NCBI GenBank assembly: GCA_965230295.1
Contig: OZ246001.1
Location: 3,680,001 to 3,744,000 of the forward strand
DNA from: Marinicella sp.
GTDB taxonomy: Bacteria; Pseudomonadota; Gammaproteobacteria; Xanthomonadales; Marinicellaceae
DNA: 64,000 bases
Direction: 5' to 3'
The translations under genes were made by a program, and so were the position numbers. Position 1 is the first letter of the stretch. Each line of letters opens with the position of its first letter. The notes under the pieces were generated by a model. That model was not told the DNA's origin, did not search any database, and worked only from the letters and a program-made list of their open reading frames with translations. Positions 22,118-32,717 of the stretch are shown here, in pieces.

Positions 22118-22147
22118 TGACCACATAGCTGCAAAAACGGACATTTG
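22111..22147 (+). mobile_element. Tn3-family (Tn4651-like) terminal inverted repeat
   Basis: GGGGTAATGACCACATAGCTGCAAAAACGGACATTTG; related copies at 40591, 42401-42447 and 44176-44222. Confidence 0.75.
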
Positions 22148-22263
22148 TTTACTTCTTTAAACTTGACTTCATGTCAAAATAGATTTCAAAGAATTTATTA
22201 AAATCTCTGACTATTCAAATTTCAGTAAGTAATTAAGTTTCAATAGCAGTGAAGCCTATATTA

Positions 22264-24630
22264 TCATTCACACACATGTCCTTGAATTTCAGTTAAACGT
22301 GTCATGTTTAACTCACCATTTTGAAATTCGTTTGAGTTATCAGGCATATACTCAAAGGAAATGTTGTTATTATCTAAATAAGTTAATGAAAGGCTGCCCC
22401 ATTGGCTATTAATCAAGTCTTCAGGGTCAAAGGACCAACCATCATTCGCCAGTGGGTCAAAAAAGGAAGCTCCATTAAACTGGTTTAATTCGATCATAGC
22501 CATGTTATTGGCACTTAAAATTCCAGAGCCAACTAACCAAAATTGTTGACCATCATGATTAACAAACCATGCCACATTGATTTGATCTTGCTGATTGTTA
22601 TCAGTCATGTGAATAAACAAACCATGCCCTGATTGATCAGGATTATAAAAAGAACCGCTGTAGCAACCTTTTTGTAAATCAGATATTTCAGATAATTGTA
22701 TTAACTCAATTGAACCTGTTCCAAATTCAGAAGCATTGGCAGACCAATTCAAGTTCATTGAATTAGCCGTTTCAAAGTCTAATGTTGCCTGTCCCCATTG
22801 GGTCAAATTGACATCTTGGGTGTTAAAATCAGGGGGAAAATTTGTACCATCTGCAATATGCAGATCAATGGATATTGGTTGACCTTCAATGATTTCTCCA
22901 ACTCCTCCCACCCAAACAGGATTTGAATCATGGTGCGTAAACCAATACATATTCAAACGATCATTTTCGTTTTGAGAACCATTCAGCTTTTCCAAGAAAA
23001 TTCCGTGGCCTGGAGTTTCGCTGTTATACCAAGAACCCGAAATGTTTTCTAAGCTCACATAATTTTCAAAATGGAACTTTGACAAATCATAACTATTTAC
23101 TTCATCATTTCCTCTAAAGAAGTACTGATCTTCAATCATCACCAGGGATCCCATGTTACCTTTGTCTGTTAGGTTTTTAATAAAATGAAAAGAATTATCA
23201 TCACCGCTCATAAACCATAGTTCATCAGGACTGTCTACGGGCCTCATTAAAGAAATACGATAATATCGTTTGATGAAAAAAGCATCTTTCTCATTTAACA
23301 TGTTAAATTCACTGATCCTATCGTACTCACCGCCAGTAAATAGCAGTGTTGCAGGGGTTGTTTTATCTTTTAATTCCCATATTTCTGGCTCCCCTTCTGA
23401 GTTGTTTACCCAAAATAATATTCTGTCATCGTTCATATCCATGATCTCTAACTTAAGGTCAAAACGGTATCCGTTTGGGGAATCATCTGCAGTAGAATTA
23501 TCTGGCAAAAGAAGCAGTGAAGAATGCATCATTGTGGATTCAGCTGTTCCCTCAGTGGTCCATAGCTTGCGTCCATTTACACCATCTATTGCGGTAAAAA
23601 ACATTGTGTCTTTATAGAAGAAGAAATTTGCTGGATATGACCCAGCACCTGGTTCAGTGTCATTGATGTCTTTCAATAAAATGGTGCCTCCATTTGACCC
23701 GTCTGTTACCCAAATTTCCCAGCCGCTTTGTTCATCTGTGGCCACAAAATACAACAGATTGTTATGGACAATGTAGTGATAGTCATCATGTACTGGAGAC
23801 TCGGTGATTGGCCCGATTGATTTTACAAATGAAGTTCCACTTGCTATGCCATCCGTTTTCCAAAGCTCGACAACCCGATCTACATTTTCAAATGTAAAGT
23901 AAACTTCATTATTAAATACTATGTTATTAAGATTGATTGAAGACCAAGAATGCCCTTGTAAATCAAAGAAAGGCTTGGTGCCCTCAATTGTTCCATCTGT
24001 GGACCAAAGCATCTTATTCTCACCGTTTGAAGTCATGAATATTAAACTGCCATTTAATTCTGCCATGTAGCTTATATTTATTTCATAGTTGGTTAAAATG
24101 AAAGTTCCAGCATTTGACCCATCAGATACCCACAGAGAAAAACCTGACGAGGTCCTTGTTGTAAATAGCAATTTGTCATTGAATATTCGATAATTTGCAA
24201 TATTAACCCAAAAATAATCTTCTGGCTCAAATAGTCTTTTTACCATCGCAGTACCTGAGGCTGTACCATCAGTCTTCCATAATTGCCCACCAATGGATTG
24301 TGAAACACGATCATAGAAAATTTGATTATTAAATATGACTCTATCACTGAATTCTGGACTCCTAATAGAAGCCACAATTTTGTTACTATCATTCAATACT
24401 TGGACTGTATCATTTGTTACATTTGACTTCCAAAGTGTCCCATTAAATTCAGTCCAATAAACTTCATCATTTAGCTTGAACAGTAATTTGGGAAAAGTGT
24501 TTTCAACTACTGTTGATTGATTAATATTTGGTATGTTTTGATTTTCAGAATTATCAGCTTCAAAATAATGATTCTCGGGTATTGAAGCATCAATTAATGA
24601 TGAGAATAGAAATAAAATTATTGTTTTCAT
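22264..24630 (-). CDS. Secreted ELWxxDGT-repeat beta-propeller protein with two C-terminal SGSWYN...GHG repeats
   Basis: QLWKTDGT, ELWKTDG, EIWVTDG, KLWTTEGT; ISGSWYN...GHGIF and YSGSFYN...GHGLF. Confidence 0.85.
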   Translation of the reverse strand: MKTIILFLFSSLIDASIPENHYFEADNSENQNIPNINQSTVVENTFPKLLFKLNDEVYWTEFNGTLWKSNVTNDTVQVLNDSNKIVASIRSPEFSDRVIFNNQIFYDRVSQSIGGQLWKTDGTASGTAMVKRLFEPEDYFWVNIANYRIFNDKLLFTTRTSSGFSLWVSDGSNAGTFILTNYEINISYMAELNGSLIFMTSNGENKMLWSTDGTIEGTKPFFDLQGHSWSSINLNNIVFNNEVYFTFENVDRVVELWKTDGIASGTSFVKSIGPITESPVHDDYHYIVHNNLLYFVATDEQSGWEIWVTDGSNGGTILLKDINDTEPGAGSYPANFFFYKDTMFFTAIDGVNGRKLWTTEGTAESTMMHSSLLLLPDNSTADDSPNGYRFDLKLEIMDMNDDRILFWVNNSEGEPEIWELKDKTTPATLLFTGGEYDRISEFNMLNEKDAFFIKRYYRISLMRPVDSPDELWFMSGDDNSFHFIKNLTDKGNMGSLVMIEDQYFFRGNDEVNSYDLSKFHFENYVSLENISGSWYNSETPGHGIFLEKLNGSQNENDRLNMYWFTHHDSNPVWVGGVGEIIEGQPISIDLHIADGTNFPPDFNTQDVNLTQWGQATLDFETANSMNLNWSANASEFGTGSIELIQLSEISDLQKGCYSGSFYNPDQSGHGLFIHMTDNNQQDQINVAWFVNHDGQQFWLVGSGILSANNMAMIELNQFNGASFFDPLANDGWSFDPEDLINSQWGSLSLTYLDNNNISFEYMPDNSNEFQNGELNMTRLTEIQGHVCE

Positions 24631-24774
24631 TTGGTGCTTTTAAATTGTTTGAACAAATTGAATTCACCCCTTTTGATCTCAATATATTATTCGATCATCT
24701 CATTCTAAATTGTTTCTTTTTGTATTTAATATGTAGGATTGTGTAATGATTAACTTTGAACCAGTAATCACGAA

Positions 24775-24852
24775 CTATGTATTCTCTTTCAATACTTTTT
24801 GAACTGTTCCGGTTCCAATACTAAGTTGCTTTGCTATTTTAATCATGCCCAT
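24775..24852 (-). pseudogene. C-terminal HTH remnant of a serine recombinase
   Basis: Translates MGMIKIAKQLSIGTGTVQKVLKENT*; 5' part replaced by an IS fragment. Confidence 0.55.
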
Positions 24853-25102
24853 AGCAAGTTCGCATTGATCCCTTTGCGACGGCACAGAGCTGATATGCTG
24901 TCCTCGCCACGCAGCCCTTCGATCACTATGCGAATTTTATCTTCGGCTGAATAATGTTTGCGCGTACGACGACGGATGTCTCGTACGGTTTTTCTGCTTT
25001 GGTTTTCTTCATTGTTTACTCCAGTATTTAAAGTTTACAATGAACCGAAACTATCTCTTAGTGATTTGGCCTATTTGGTCCATATGGTGCTGACGGGATA
25101 CA
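24853..25102 (-). mobile_element. IS3-superfamily remnant (left end and frameshifted transposase N-terminus)
   Basis: Minus strand TVRDIRRRTRKHYSAEDKIRIVIEGLRGEDSISALCRRKGI; TGT terminus at 25102; locally higher GC. Confidence 0.8.
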
Positions 25103-25706
25103 GATGAAGACCATATCAGCGACCTACCCAATATTAGGAGAGTTATAAATATATCTATTCGCAATAGATCAATAACCTATGAACAGCTTCGAACTATAAA
25201 GCTACAATCAGGCCCTATTTCTAACGCAATGACATCAATGCTTGATATGCATAGCAATTACATTCATCCAATGCCTACACCAGCCCCTGAGTTCCCTAGA
25301 GTAAGTATAAACTATTACTACAACTCATACGGCACAGCCTATCCTGATAGTAACAATATCAGCTTAGTAACATTTGTAACTTGTGGTGACACAAAATTTA
25401 TAATACCTGGTGATGTTAAAAAATAAAGGATGGCAAGGCTTGCTTAGGCAGCCTGGTTTTATTGCTGACTTAAATGATGTGTCAGTTTTTATTGCATCAC
25501 ATCATGGCCGTGAGTCTGGCTACTGCCGAGATGTGTTCGACTATTGCTCACCAGATGTAATTGTTTTTTCTGATAGTAATATTCAACATGCCACCCAAGA
25601 AATGAGTTCAACATATGCTAATTATGCTAGTGGCATGGACTTTGATGGAACAACAAGGTACGTTGTTTCAACTCGAAACGATGGTGACTTATATTGGGAT
25701 AGATAG
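25103..25706 (+). pseudogene. ComEC/Rec2-like metallo-beta-lactamase-fold hydrolase fragment
   Basis: DEDHISDL immediately after the IS end; NNISLV, IPGD, ASHHGR; frameshift in a poly-A run near 25420. Confidence 0.75.
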
Positions 25707-26129
25707 ATTTGTCATCACTCAAAATGGTAAGGCCTGAGTTTTCTAAACACACTTTTGTCTCGCTTATTCAAAAAGAGGGCATACATGATGACTTTGATTT
25801 TTATGAATCGCCAGATGACTTCTATACAGAAATATGGACCAACTTATCTGGTTTGAAAATGGCTTTATGAACGGTTTTTCCGACATTAAATAAACAAAAA
25901 TACATCTAACCTTAGGAAATAATAATTAATATCTTTCAGCAAAAACGGATTAATGCAATTTATTACGTTTTAAACCTAACAACTATTAATCAAACCGTGA
26001 CTTTTGGTAAGACTCCGCCCGCAGATCCATTAATGTATAATTTTCCTCATTTATATCGATTGATTTAATTTATAGCATCAAACATGTTATAAATGTCTTT
26101 TATTTAAGTTTATGTGCGGGCGGATAAGT

Positions 26130-27041
26130 ATGTTCAGAGTGTTTTGGTTCAGTTTTCTTTTTTCATTGCTGTTAATTTTAGTGGCTTGTGCTCCAACAGA
26201 ACAAAAATCTAAGCCAACCAAAGATGAACCCATTGTAGAACAGCCTTCAGAAACAGAGCTAGTAGATCCTGAGCCAGTAGAACCTGAACCAGTAGAACCT
26301 GAACCAGTAGAACCTGAACCAGTAGAACCTGAACCAGTAGAACCTGAACCAGTAGAACCTGAACCAGTAGAACCTGAACCAGTGGAGGCTGAAGCGGTAA
26401 AGCCTAGACCAGTAAAGCCAGAGCCAATGCAAGTGGGAACACACACTCTGAGAGGCAGTGTTGTATTGGATCAATCTAAGCTGAAGCGAAAGAATGCAGT
26501 TGTTGAGAATACAGTTGTTTATTTTGTGCCCGATTCCCTGGTGTCAAAACCGGTTCCCATGAAAGCAGAAATCAGCACTCAAAACAAGCGATTCAAACCA
26601 AACGTATTGGCAGTGACCGTTGGCAGTGAGGTGCTGTTTCCCAATATGGACCGGATACTACACAACGTTTTTTCTGTGACGCCAGCGAGTGAATTTGACC
26701 TGGGCCTGTATTCAGCAGGTACTACCCGTTCTGTTACTTTCAATGAACCAGGAATTATTTATGTTCACTGCAACGTGCATCATGCCATGCAAGCCGATCT
26801 CTTGGTTTTGGACACACCACATTTTGTTCAGGTAGATGATCAAGGGCGTTTTGAGTTATCGAATTTGCCTTCAACAGCAGGCACATTAAACTTTTGGCAC
26901 CCTCGTGCCCCTTTAGTCAATTTACGAGTCGATGCAGATACCGATGGAGAAGTGCAAAAACAAACCATTCAAGTGACACGTGTAAAAGTACCCAAACACA
27001 CCAATAAATTTGGCGAATCATATCGACCTACGAGAGATTAA
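26130..27041 (+). CDS. Lipoprotein with Pro/Glu linker and cupredoxin (MauL-like) domain
   Basis: LVAC lipobox; (PVEPE)n; FPNMD...HNVFS and CNVHHAM type-1 copper ligand pattern. Confidence 0.8.
   Translation: MFRVFWFSFLFSLLLILVACAPTEQKSKPTKDEPIVEQPSETELVDPEPVEPEPVEPEPVEPEPVEPEPVEPEPVEPEPVEPEPVEAEAVKPRPVKPEPMQVGTHTLRGSVVLDQSKLKRKNAVVENTVVYFVPDSLVSKPVPMKAEISTQNKRFKPNVLAVTVGSEVLFPNMDRILHNVFSVTPASEFDLGLYSAGTTRSVTFNEPGIIYVHCNVHHAMQADLLVLDTPHFVQVDDQGRFELSNLPSTAGTLNFWHPRAPLVNLRVDADTDGEVQKQTIQVTRVKVPKHTNKFGESYRPTRD
26274..26378 (+). repeat. Coding 15-bp tandem repeat, 7 perfect copies
   Basis: (CCAGTAGAACCTGAA)7 with degenerate flanking units. Confidence 0.97.
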
Positions 27042-27043
27042 TA

Positions 27044-29035
27044 ATGACGCGAAATACAGGTATTCGACTTAGCACTAAGATGACCATTGTGGCAGCGAGT
27101 TTGGTTATTATCACTTTATTGATTTCGATTTTCATCACGCTGTATTTTGGTAATCAAATGGCCAATGAATCAATCAACAAAAAACTTGATTCCAGCCAAT
27201 TGATTCAACAAGAATTCAGTACGCAGAAACTTCGACAATTGGAGCTGGTCTCACTGCTGATGGCATCTGACCCTGCATTTGTGGCTTATGTTGCCCAGAC
27301 CATATTTGATCTTGAATCTGGCGAACAACCAGATGTCGCATCCATCAGTGATTTGCTGTTAGAGAGAAAACAACAATATGGTTTTGATTTGGCAGTCATT
27401 GCAACAGCAGATGGACAACAATTAGCCAGATCAGATCAAGCTATGGCAGCTCCACGAGATTTACAAGACATGGATTTGATGGCAAAAGTCATGGTTGAAT
27501 TGTTGCCAACCAGCGGGTACTGGTTAGACAAGGAGCGCATTTATCAGGCAGCGATTGTTCCTTTAGCTCGGGGCAGGAACTTGATAGGTTTTTTGATTAC
27601 AGGTGTGGTTGTAGACAATAGTTTAACTGACACTGTTGCCAATCTAACAGGTACTGAGGTGCTGGTGATAGCTAACGAGAATCCATTAAGGGCTTTAGCA
27701 AGTACATTAGATCTTGATTTGACATCTACTATGTTGGATAAACTGTCAAATCGAGATTTGACTTCTGCGGCGTTAGCTAAACTGAGTATCAATAATTTGA
27801 ATTTGGCGATCAAGCAACAACCATTAACTGAAATAGATGGCATCAAATATGTTTTAGTCAATGGCGTTTCGGTTGATCAAGTCATAGCTCCATTTGCGCA
27901 AACAAGAAACCTCATATTAATGGCTGGTGGTGTGATCATCGTCTTTGGCCTTTTGATGGCGAGGTTACTGGTGAACCAGTCTTTGTCTCCATTAGAGAAA
28001 ATTTCACAAGCGACCAGACAAGTGTCTTTTGGGAACTATTCTGCCAGTTTCCCTAAGAAAGTTGGGCGTGACTTGGCTGATCTGAGTGGCTCAATCAATC
28101 AATTAATCCAGAATCTTAGGGGCAGAGATTCATTGGCCGCGCACATGGTGGAGATGAGTAAAAAATCAGATGACGTTATCAAAAGGCATCAAAGTCCACA
28201 AAAAGAACTCATCAAACCAGGAAAAGTTATTAACAATCGCTTTGAAGTCATAAAAAGTTTGGGCGTTGGTGGCATGGGCGCAGTATTTCAAGCTTTCGAT
28301 AAAGAGCTTGAGGAAGTTGTTGCTTTGAAAGTATTGAAAACTAAAAAAGCCGAAGAGTCAGAAATTAATTTGCTCAAAGATGAGATCAAAGTTGCCAGAA
28401 GGATTTCTCACCCAAATGTGGTTCGCATACATGATTTTGGGCAATTGGCAAACAACGTTTTTATCTCTATGGAATACGTTCAAGGTTACACCATTGAGCA
28501 AATTTTGAAGTATGCCAGAAAGTTGCGTCCACAAGCGGCCAAGCATGCAGCCATGCACATCTGTGAAGGCCTCAATGCCGCTCATAAAGCTGGGGTCATT
28601 CACAAAGACCTCAAGCCAGCTAATATCATTGTCGAGCTGGATTCCTCAATCAAACTGATGGACTTTGGCATCGCCTCAGTAGATCACATGATCAGTGGCC
28701 AAAGGTCAGATGAAATGGTGAGTGGTACTGCAGCTTATATTTCTCCAGAACAAGCTTTGGGCAAAGGGTCTGATGAGCGAACAGATATTTATGCTTTGGG
28801 TGTATTGATGATGGAACTGTTCATTGGCCAAAGACCGTTTTACGCTGCCACAGAGGAAGATTTGATGATGAAACACGTCAATGAAAAACCATTGGCTATC
28901 TCGTCTCAATGGGCTGATGCACCGAAGAGGCTGGACCAATTAATTCTTAAGTGCTTGGCGAAAAGCCCCAACGATAGACCGCAGTCTATACAAGAAGTGA
29001 TCAGCGAGCTTAAACAGATCAGTTTTTCAGGTTAG
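27044..29035 (+). CDS. Membrane sensor: periplasmic domain, HAMP and C-terminal Hanks-type Ser/Thr kinase
   Basis: Two TMs; HAMP-like SPLEKISQATRQVSFGNY; GVGGMG, VALK, HKDLKPAN, DFG, GTAAYISPEQ. Confidence 0.92.
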   Translation: MTRNTGIRLSTKMTIVAASLVIITLLISIFITLYFGNQMANESINKKLDSSQLIQQEFSTQKLRQLELVSLLMASDPAFVAYVAQTIFDLESGEQPDVASISDLLLERKQQYGFDLAVIATADGQQLARSDQAMAAPRDLQDMDLMAKVMVELLPTSGYWLDKERIYQAAIVPLARGRNLIGFLITGVVVDNSLTDTVANLTGTEVLVIANENPLRALASTLDLDLTSTMLDKLSNRDLTSAALAKLSINNLNLAIKQQPLTEIDGIKYVLVNGVSVDQVIAPFAQTRNLILMAGGVIIVFGLLMARLLVNQSLSPLEKISQATRQVSFGNYSASFPKKVGRDLADLSGSINQLIQNLRGRDSLAAHMVEMSKKSDDVIKRHQSPQKELIKPGKVINNRFEVIKSLGVGGMGAVFQAFDKELEEVVALKVLKTKKAEESEINLLKDEIKVARRISHPNVVRIHDFGQLANNVFISMEYVQGYTIEQILKYARKLRPQAAKHAAMHICEGLNAAHKAGVIHKDLKPANIIVELDSSIKLMDFGIASVDHMISGQRSDEMVSGTAAYISPEQALGKGSDERTDIYALGVLMMELFIGQRPFYAATEEDLMMKHVNEKPLAISSQWADAPKRLDQLILKCLAKSPNDRPQSIQEVISELKQISFSG

Positions 29036-29062
29036 TTGCGTGATGTAAACATTGCAATCTAA

Positions 29063-29093
29063 AGTCTGCATTGAATCATTGTAAATGCAGACT
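29063..29093. terminator. Hairpin between convergent genes
   Basis: AGTCTGCATT-11nt-AATGCAGACT. Confidence 0.6.
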
Positions 29094-29106
29094 GTGTCAT
29101 GAAATT

Positions 29107-29532
29107 TTATTCATACGTCACGTCTTCTCTCATAGGGGCAAATATAGCTAACACTTTATTTTGTAACCTAAAAGGAACTTGTGCATCTTCCATCGCCAAT
29201 ATAAAGTCCTCAACAAAAACGTCGTATTCAGAATATTTGATGTCCATGCCACTGTGAGCTTCCACCATGTCAAGGCCCTCATAAACACAGGGCCCACCTG
29301 TTTCCATGCAGATTTGGTCGACAATTTTAATGTGTAAGTCTTCACGGTCTGTTTCTTCAAATAAAAAATCAATTTTTGGATTGGTCAAGATACGATCCAA
29401 CAAATTTTTTGTGATATTTTCAATGACTGGTTTTCCCCCAAGCTTTTCATACAAAGTCTGCTCCGCCCAACTGTTCATAGCAGTGAATAAAAGTATCAGT
29501 CCCAATACTTTGATTTTGAATTGACGCCTCAT
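29107..29532 (-). CDS. Group 1 truncated hemoglobin with signal peptide
   Basis: TLYEKLGG, GGPCVYEG, proximal His in MVEAH; signal ending SWA. Confidence 0.9.
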   Translation of the reverse strand: MRRQFKIKVLGLILLFTAMNSWAEQTLYEKLGGKPVIENITKNLLDRILTNPKIDFLFEETDREDLHIKIVDQICMETGGPCVYEGLDMVEAHSGMDIKYSEYDVFVEDFILAMEDAQVPFRLQNKVLAIFAPMREDVTYE

Positions 29533-30384
29533 TTAAAAACTCCCATTGATAGATAGGTATAGACCTTTTTGGTCAGGCAATGTGGCTATGGTTCCAAGGT
29601 CTACATAGGCTGCAACAACTGAAACATGACGATTCGGCACCCAGGCCACGAAAATATCTCGCCAGTGATCTTCGCCGGCAAAGCTCAAATTAGAACGCTT
29701 TTGGCGAAAGTCAAATCCAATCGCCCAGCTTTTATTTAAAAACATACCAATAGAGGCTTCGGCATTGATATGCCGGTTACCTAAGTCTCCACCAAATCCT
29801 AGCAAACCCAACTCATTGGCTTCCGTTGATCGCAACGTCAAAGTGGCAAATCCATTGAAACCCCATGGTTTACCCAAAAATAATTTTGTTGCACTTAAAT
29901 AATAATCCAAACTACTGTCATCAGTGGCTCCAGCGACAGAAGGAATGAGAAAGTCACGGTTTTTTTTGTGTTGAACCCCAAATGAGATCTGTGGCATTTT
30001 GGTGTAGACTAGATTTCCTGCCAGCCTGACTTTTGCCCCAATCACGTTTTGTTCCAGAGAAGCTCCAGGTAAACCCAATGCTGGGCCTAATGTGACCAGG
30101 TCAAGCTCCTGGCGAGCAACTGATAATTCGAGCCTGTTGCGCCAGCCTAGAGATGCTCCAATCATGTCAAATCTATAATCGTCAGTATCCACGTATGTAT
30201 ACGCGGCAGTCAAATCAGTTTCATCGCTTTCACCATAACCTGCTATGGTTGCCCAACTCACGATACCACTACCTGAAGAACCTTCTACTTGCATGACAGC
30301 ACCAGTACCAAGTTGTCTGCTTCCAGCAAACACTTCTGGAACTACCCCACAAAGGATTACCAAAGAAATAAATATTAACTTCAT
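29533..30384 (-). CDS. DUF3034-family putative outer-membrane beta-barrel
   Basis: GTGAVMQVEGSSGSGIVSWATIAGY, ANELGLLGFGG, AAYVDLGTIA; terminal Phe. Confidence 0.8.
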   Translation of the reverse strand: MKLIFISLVILCGVVPEVFAGSRQLGTGAVMQVEGSSGSGIVSWATIAGYGESDETDLTAAYTYVDTDDYRFDMIGASLGWRNRLELSVARQELDLVTLGPALGLPGASLEQNVIGAKVRLAGNLVYTKMPQISFGVQHKKNRDFLIPSVAGATDDSSLDYYLSATKLFLGKPWGFNGFATLTLRSTEANELGLLGFGGDLGNRHINAEASIGMFLNKSWAIGFDFRQKRSNLSFAGEDHWRDIFVAWVPNRHVSVVAAYVDLGTIATLPDQKGLYLSINGSF

Positions 30385-30915
30385 TAAACTACACACACTC
30401 TTTAACTATGTTAGAAAGATAACATGAAGCGGATAGGAAGAACAAGTTTTGAACCAGAATGGCAGCAAAAAATTAGAATTTTATTTATTTTGAAGCATAA
30501 TTTTATCTAAAGCTTCCGTAGTGTCACTTATTGTCAAATCCGTCAAGAAGTAATGATACGTTAAATAGCAAAGATTGCCTCATGCAAGGTTGGTATAGTT
30601 GCTATTACTAGAAACCACCCAACGTCTAGAAAAGTTAATTAATTATCCGTTGTTCCAGTTTCCAAAAGAAATCAATTGATTGCATATATTCATAACTGCA
30701 AATTCAGCCATTGAAAAATTAATTGAGTATGAAGACACAGGCTCAAGATCTCGCCTGATCGATCAAGTAAGAAAATATTTAAATATTGAAGCTTTTGATG
30801 AAGAGGCAGACTTATTACTAGGTAGCTACCTCAAAACTGTAATAACGAATATACATTTATTGCCTTCAAGGTTTTGAAGTGAACTATAATCTGATTTTTC
30901 CTAAAATTATCTGAC

Positions 30916-31347
30916 ATGAAAGTAGGATGGTGTGAATGGGCCAGTTTGCCTGAGCTTGGCATAGATCAAATAAGAGTAAAAATAGATACAGGTGCCAAAA
31001 CGTCTTCATTGCATATTAACAGCAGTGAAGTTGTAGAAAAAAACGGTGAATGTTTCATTAGATTTCATTGTGAATCTGATGGAATTCAGTCAAAATCCAT
31101 TGTCTTTGAATCTATAATAATAGATCAAAGAGACGTCAAAAGCAGTTCGGGAACATCTCAACTTCGACACGTCATAGAAACCGACATAATAATTGGTGAC
31201 AAAAGGTGGCCGATTGAAGTGACATTAACGAACAGAAAAAAAATGAAGTTTAAGATGTTACTTGGCCGCGAAGCAATGGAAAATATCACAGTCAAACCAC
31301 ATAAAAAGTATTTACAAAACAAACCAAAAGAGGACATCACACAGTGA
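30916..31347 (+). CDS. RimK-associated putative protease (retropepsin-like, RimB type)
   Basis: [23 protein letters not shown]; overlaps the rimK start. Confidence 0.88.
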   Translation: MKVGWCEWASLPELGIDQIRVKIDTGAKTSSLHINSSEVVEKNGECFIRFHCESDGIQSKSIVFESIIIDQRDVKSSSGTSQLRHVIETDIIIGDKRWPIEVTLTNRKKMKFKMLLGREAMENITVKPHKKYLQNKPKEDITQ

Positions 31348-32249
31348 AAATTGCTCTGTTATCAAGAAACCCGAAGCTATATTCAACAAGCCGATTGGTC
31401 GAAGCTGCCATTGAGAGAGGGCATGAAATCAAAGTGATTGATATCCTCAAGTGCTACATGAACATCACCTCAAACAAACCTGAATTGCATTATGATGGTG
31501 AAAACCTAACTGGGTTTGATGCGGTAATCCCTAGAATTGGGGCATCCGTAACATTTTATGGAACGGCTGTTTTAAGGCAGTTTGAAATGATGGGCGTTTA
31601 TCCCATCAATGAGAGTGTGGCGATCACGCGCTCCAGAGACAAACTGCGATCATTGCAATTGTTAGCACGAAAAGGAATTGGTCTGCCAGTAACAGGCTTT
31701 GCCAATTCACCTGATGACATTCCTGATTTGATCAAAATGGTCGGTGGCACTCCCTTGGTGATTAAATTATTAGAAGGCACACAAGGCATTGGTGTTGTTT
31801 TGGCTGAAACAAAAAAGGCCGCTGAAAGTGTAATTGAGGCTTTCATGGGATTGAATGCCAATATAATGGTTCAGGAGTACATCAAAGAGGCGGGCGGTGC
31901 TGACATAAGGTGCTTGGTGGTTGGTAAGAAAGTAGTTGCTGCCATGAAGCGACAAGCACAAGAAGGCGAGTTCAGATCAAACCTTCACAGAGGTGGGAGT
32001 GCAAGCTTGGTAAAGATTACACCTGAAGAGCGCAAAACAGCAGTCAAAGCAGCAAGCATCATGGGGCTCAATGTGGCCGGCGTGGACATCCTCCGATCTG
32101 ACAACGGGCCATTGGTTATGGAAGTCAATTCATCACCAGGCCTCAAAGGAATTGAAGAAGCGACTGGGAAAGATGTGGCTGGCATGATCATCGATGAAAT
32201 TCAAAAAAACGCCAAGCCACACAAAACCCGAACCAAGGGCAAGGGCTAA
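31344..32249 (+). CDS. rimK: Ribosomal protein S6 L-glutamate ligase
   Basis: [51 protein letters not shown]. Confidence 0.97.
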   Translation: MKIALLSRNPKLYSTSRLVEAAIERGHEIKVIDILKCYMNITSNKPELHYDGENLTGFDAVIPRIGASVTFYGTAVLRQFEMMGVYPINESVAITRSRDKLRSLQLLARKGIGLPVTGFANSPDDIPDLIKMVGGTPLVIKLLEGTQGIGVVLAETKKAAESVIEAFMGLNANIMVQEYIKEAGGADIRCLVVGKKVVAAMKRQAQEGEFRSNLHRGGSASLVKITPEERKTAVKAASIMGLNVAGVDILRSDNGPLVMEVNSSPGLKGIEEATGKDVAGMIIDEIQKNAKPHKTRTKGKG

Positions 32250-32345
32250 TAACGCCAATAGATTCAGAAGCAACCCCGAATCAAAATCACACTAAACATT
32301 TAACCGTAAACGGTTATTCTCGTCATCCCAAAGTTTCAAATTGGG

Positions 32346-32559
32346 CTACTTGGAGTGGCAATCAGGAGCGCAGTAAAAACAACTATCAACTTGAATAAAA
32401 TAAGCTCTTGCAGAATTGACTGCACTTTGACAATTTATGTGGTTCCCAAGTTGTATTTTGTTTTCAATATAAGACAAATATTTACAGTCGTTATCTAGAC
32501 TATATACTTCATGCTCACCGGTTGGTTGCGTATTTTTATTGATGATATAACCTTGGCAT
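32346..32559 (-). pseudogene. Small Cys/His-rich protein with +1 frameshift near its start
   Basis: ATG CCA AGG, one extra T, then YIINKNTQPTGEHEV...C...CFYCAPDCH; the span is 214 nt. Confidence 0.5.
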
Positions 32560-32717
32560 TCGTATCTCTTATAACTATGACTAAAACATAAAGAATAACA
32601 ACGATATAAGTGTATCAATCTTTAAAAAGCTGCAAAAATTTAATGCAAATACCAAGCTGTGATTACTATTTAACAGTTTTGTGTCATAATCTTTTTTGAT
32701 TAAAAAGAACTATTCAG

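Noticed and set aside
26087-26446. (TGSGS)n ORF on the minus strand
   Set aside because: It is the antisense shadow of the PVEPE repeat. Most other short overlapping ORFs in the track were dropped as shadows too.
30680-30877. 65-aa ORF upstream of the rimK operon
   Set aside because: TTG start, no clear RBS or motif; cannot be supported as a gene.
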